In this document: in pieces, positions 60,901-64,000 of the stretch
Layout of the letters: the number at the start of each line of letters is the position of its first letter
How positions within the stretch are numbered: the first letter of the stretch is position 1
Origin: Macrostomum hystrix
Lineage: Eukaryota; Animalia; Platyhelminthes
Length of the DNA stretch: 64,000 nt
Assembly: GCA_950097015.1 (NCBI GenBank)
Contig: CATNEN010000029.1
Coordinates: 1,798,001 to 1,862,000 of the forward strand
Reading direction: 5' to 3'
Program-made: the position numbers and the translations under genes
The notes under the pieces: model-generated
Told to the model about the DNA's origin: nothing
What the model saw: only the letters and a program-made list of their open reading frames with translations
Database searches by the model: none

Positions 60901-63676
60901 AAAAGCTAGGCATCAGGTAAACAAAGCACAATAAACTACAGACTAATAGGCAGCCAGTGCAGTCAGCCTACCAGAATTTCGAGAGGGGAGCCTCATCAAC
61001 CGTTTGGTCCGTCCATGATTGGTCGGTCTATCTAGCTGAATGCTTCTTCCGCATATAATTGTCTCCCTTATTTTTATATCTTGAGTTTTAATAAACAAGA
61101 CTTTAGAATATCTAATTAAATTAATACTGTCTGAGTTTTTTGTATTCGAAATAGCTTAACATAGATCTAATAACCTACACTATAGATAAAACTGATTAAT
61201 GACATTTCGATGACGACAAAATGATTGGTTTTTAGCAGTGCCGGTGAGAAATCATGATGACTGTGCTTAGGAGCATCATCAAAGTCCACCTGAATTGAAA
61301 TGGGAGAAATTAAACATGAGGACAGCACTAATATAGATTCAACTGCGTGGTGATGTTATTCGATAACCTCTTTGTAGGCGTCTATAATATATTAATTATA
61401 TAGATATTATATCAGTTAGATATTTATATAGCAAGTTGGGCCTGATGCACACCTGTTAAGTCCATGGACAGGGAAGGCCGCTACACCCACCTAAATTTGC
61501 TACCAGTAGCATAGCAACGGAGCATAGCAACGGAGCATTGCAACGGAGCATAGCAACGGAGCATAGCAACGGAGCATAGCAACGCAGCATAGCGACGGAG
61601 CATAGCAACGCAGCATAGCAACGGAGCATAGCAACAGAGCATAGCGACGGAGCATAGCAACAGAGCATAGCAACGGAGCATAGCAACTGAGCATAGCGAC
61701 GGAGCATAGCAACAGAGCATAGCAACGGAGAGCGTATATTTTGCTAGCGAGGATGTTGCTAGCCAAAGCTCGCTAACTCTTTGCCAACAGAAAAAAATGA
61801 GCTATCAAATCGATACTCGAAGGGGCCATTCGTGCGTTGGTTTTTGCTGTCGTTAACTAAGCCGAGCAAGAAACTTTTAATACATACTGTAAGCTCTCTT
61901 CGTCCGAGTATAATAGTATCGCTAAAGACAGCCAGAAATTATATTAAACCTGCAAGTATGCTCCAAAATAGTGCCAGACAATTGCAGACTATTTTATTAT
62001 TTCCCTATGTATTACAAACTCAGGTAAACTTGGAGAGTACACTTGTCTAACTAATTAGCAAAGCAATATCTAGCTCAATACCTAAAATATTCTCAAAGCA
62101 AAGTATATAGGGGCTGTAGCCTAGTGGTTAGAGCGTCGGATTCACGACTTGTAGGTTAGAGGTTCGATTCCACAGAAACAGTTTGTGTACTTTAGCAAGA
62201 CAATTAACACTTAATTGATGGCTGGGTTTGGAAAATAGCCTCAGTCCATGGACTGAACAGCCGTACACAGCCTTCAGATGCGTGCTGTCGGCTGTACATC
62301 TGGCCCGATTATTCTTTTTTTAAGAGATAAGAGACTTCAGCTAAAAATTTACTCGTTAACAAAATTCAAAGAACCAACGGGGCATAGCAACGGCCTGAGC
62401 ACTTTGATGGTGTTACCGGCTTGCAAGCGGCAAGCAATTCACCAGTGAGTCTCACATTAAGTTGGGTCAAATGATCCGATAAAACAAAGCATGGGAGGCA
62501 CGTGATAGTTGGGTTTGCTACAAATTTTCTCATTCACCTATAGAAGAACTAGAAGTAATTTTTTTAACCTCATTGTACCAAGCGATTCTAAAAAAGCAAT
62601 GATACGAGTAGAAATCTGATCAGATCAAAATCAAATCAAAATCGAATAAAATAATGAGCTGTTGAAACTAAGTATAAATTTGTTGCTACTGCTAACTCGG
62701 CCTCAATAGGCTTTAGATTTATGAGGAGGTTGTGATGCTTGCACATCCCGCAACCGGTTCATTTTAAATCGTTTATACCACGAGAACCCAATCAGAGAGC
62801 CGCTAGTAGCGGCCGCAACTTACCGCACTTTCGTTTCGATTTGGCACCGGAACCCACGTGCTTGAGGCGACCAATTAGGAAACTGACTTTGCCCTGTGCC
62901 GAAGACTGCAATTAAGATAGGATAATTAAGATAAGATAGGACTGCAACTGCGAACACTGCGAACAGGTTATCAAAATTCCAACTGATTAGCCGTATTTTA
63001 CCTTCAACATTGCCGCCACCTCCGAGTGGGGTGCCTTGCGCACGTCCGTGCCATTTATCTCCAGGATTCTGTCGCCAGGCTGCAGGCGGCTGTCGCTCTC
63101 AGCGGCGCCGCCTCTGATCTGTGTATCCGGGATGGCAGGAATGGGAAAAATAGATTCGGTAACCAGTTTCAGACGAGCTGCTGTACCACTGACCAAGTCA
63201 CACTCAACAACAACCAGCATCACATGAGCTGCTGTACCACTGACCAAGTCACACTCAACTACAACCAGCATCACATGAGCTACAGCTAAAATATAAAATT
63301 CTAACCTCCTATAATTTGTTAAGCGAACGAACTTCCAGTACCAAATATACGCAGAGCGTTAACTCACAATGTCCGACACCTGCACACCCTCGTCCCGAGA
63401 GCGACCGACAATGCTGAAGCCGAGTCCTCGGCCGGGCTTCCTCACAAGGTCCAGCCGATGCAGCTCGTACAGGTCCGCCTCCGTGACGGCCTTTTCATCG
63501 CGACGCACTCGTAGACGAACGCGAGGCCCGGCCTGAAGGATGACCGACTTGGCTTCGTCGTGAGTGATTCCGGCCAGTGATCGATCGCCCACAGACAGGA
63601 TTTGATCGCCCGGTCGGAGTCGGCGATCGATGCCGGCCGCGCCAGCATCGTACACCTCGTGAATGATGATGGCGTT
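57932..63676 (-). CDS. MPDZ: Multi-PDZ scaffold protein (MPDZ/MUPP1-PATJ family), last 5 exons, 5' part outside the window
   Basis: Exons 63676-63368, 63118-63002, 62905-62824, 59574-59369, 58342-57932 (phases 0, 0, 1, 0). Four C-terminal PDZ domains: AIIIHEVYDAGAA..RLRPGDQIL..THDEA, RKPGRGLGFSIVG..VSDI, GLGLQLAG and LGFSIVGGVGSPCGDFPIYIKTV..RGDRI..THEEAVAVLK. These closely follow MPDZ PDZ10-13. Confidence 0.93.
58425..59345 (+). repeat. 32-bp minisatellite (GGACACCCAGCTGCTAACACACCAGTCAACAA) with expanded variants, MPDZ intron
   Basis: Visible. Confidence 0.92.
60320..60510 (+). repeat. 18-bp repeat (CACCTCACTCCCGACACC), MPDZ intron
   Basis: Visible. Confidence 0.85.
61506..61730 (+). repeat. 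13-bp minisatellite (GCATAGCAACGGA), MPDZ intron
   Basis: Visible, about 17 copies. Confidence 0.93.
62110..62320 (+). mobile_element. tRNA-derived SINE family B (CORE-like body)
   Basis: tRNA-like head GGGGCTGTAGCCTAGTGGTTAGAGCG..GGTTCGATTCC whose 3' side cannot form an acceptor stem. It is followed by TGTGTACTTTAGCAAGACAATTAAC, which resembles the CORE-SINE motif TGTCCTTGGGCAAGTCACTTAAC. Related pieces lie at 25302-25428 and 61441-61490. Confidence 0.72.
63175..63285 (+). repeat. Two-copy ~52-bp tandem duplication in an MPDZ intron
   Basis: GAGCTGCTGTACCACTGACCAAGTCACACTCAAC.ACAACCAGCATCACAT occurs twice. Confidence 0.85.
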
Positions 63677-63779
63677 CTGTCGGTGGGAGACGTTGACGCA
63701 AGATTTTTGTTGGGAATTTTAGCAGAAAAAAACAAATATTATTTAATTAGCCTAACTCCTACTATAAACCTTTCGTAAG

Positions 63780-64000
63780 AATAATAATAACTGCAGGAGG
63801 GCTGCGGGCAATGGCACATCATTTGGTGACACTAGACCCGCAGCCAGCGAGGAGGCAATTCTGCCCATTTCGCTGACTCCTCGGAACACACGCACACAGA
63901 TACCGTACGCAGGCACACACTCACACAGGTGTGTACATCTGCCCTGACTTTTCTCATCGTTAGACAGTTTACACTTCACTGTGCTTAGGAGGTTGGCCCT
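63780..64000 (-). mobile_element. SINE family A, 3' half (cut by the window end), in an MPDZ intron
   Basis: The reverse complement matches the 3' half of 7587-7958 (TCAGGGCAGATGTACACACC..GGAGTCAGCGAAAT.GGCAGAATTGCCTCCTCGCT..CATTGCCCGCAGCCCTC) and ends in an (ATT)n tail. Confidence 0.88.

Noticed and set aside
62110-62180. Possible tRNA-Val(CAC) gene
   Set aside because: The acceptor stem does not pair and the sequence continues into a body shared with other copies, so it is a SINE head.
25098-63676. Co-oriented cytoskeletal and polarity genes (TPPP, MRLC, MPDZ) as a functional cluster or operon
   Set aside because: They are separated by many kb and by unrelated genes, with no evidence of co-transcription and no spliced-leader feature recognised.

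Overview
This is eukaryotic (metazoan) genomic DNA, not prokaryotic. GC-rich exons with GT-AG introns sit in AT-rich DNA, and by my rough tally about 24 kb (~38%) is locus-specific minisatellite. The style suggests a free-living flatworm such as Macrostomum, but that is inference only. Seven protein-coding genes could be reconstructed by hand with phase-consistent splice sites: (1) a 5'-truncated TRPA-family channel (+, 1-8626); (2) a putative neuropeptide precursor (-, 13693-13986); (3) TPPP/p25-alpha (-, 25098-25968); (4) an orphan single-pass membrane protein with a PPxY motif (-, 35745-37294, 5' exons not found); (5) a myosin regulatory light chain (-, 44964-47893); (6) an unrecognised 540-aa secreted, cysteine-free protein built from four amphipathic-helix repeats (-, 51672-55947); (7) the 3' end of an MPDZ/PATJ-like multi-PDZ gene (-, 57932-63676). 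Mobile DNA comprises two defective mariner elements, two tRNA-derived SINE families, a MITE-like hairpin and a tiny TSD-flanked retroposed fragment. Most long ORFs in the supplied track are minisatellite artefacts. The best leads are the four-repeat amphipathic protein, SINE tails lying at 3' splice sites, a private minisatellite in most larger introns, and a TRPA pore lacking the usual acidic filter residue. No CRISPR array, rRNA or intact tRNA was seen.
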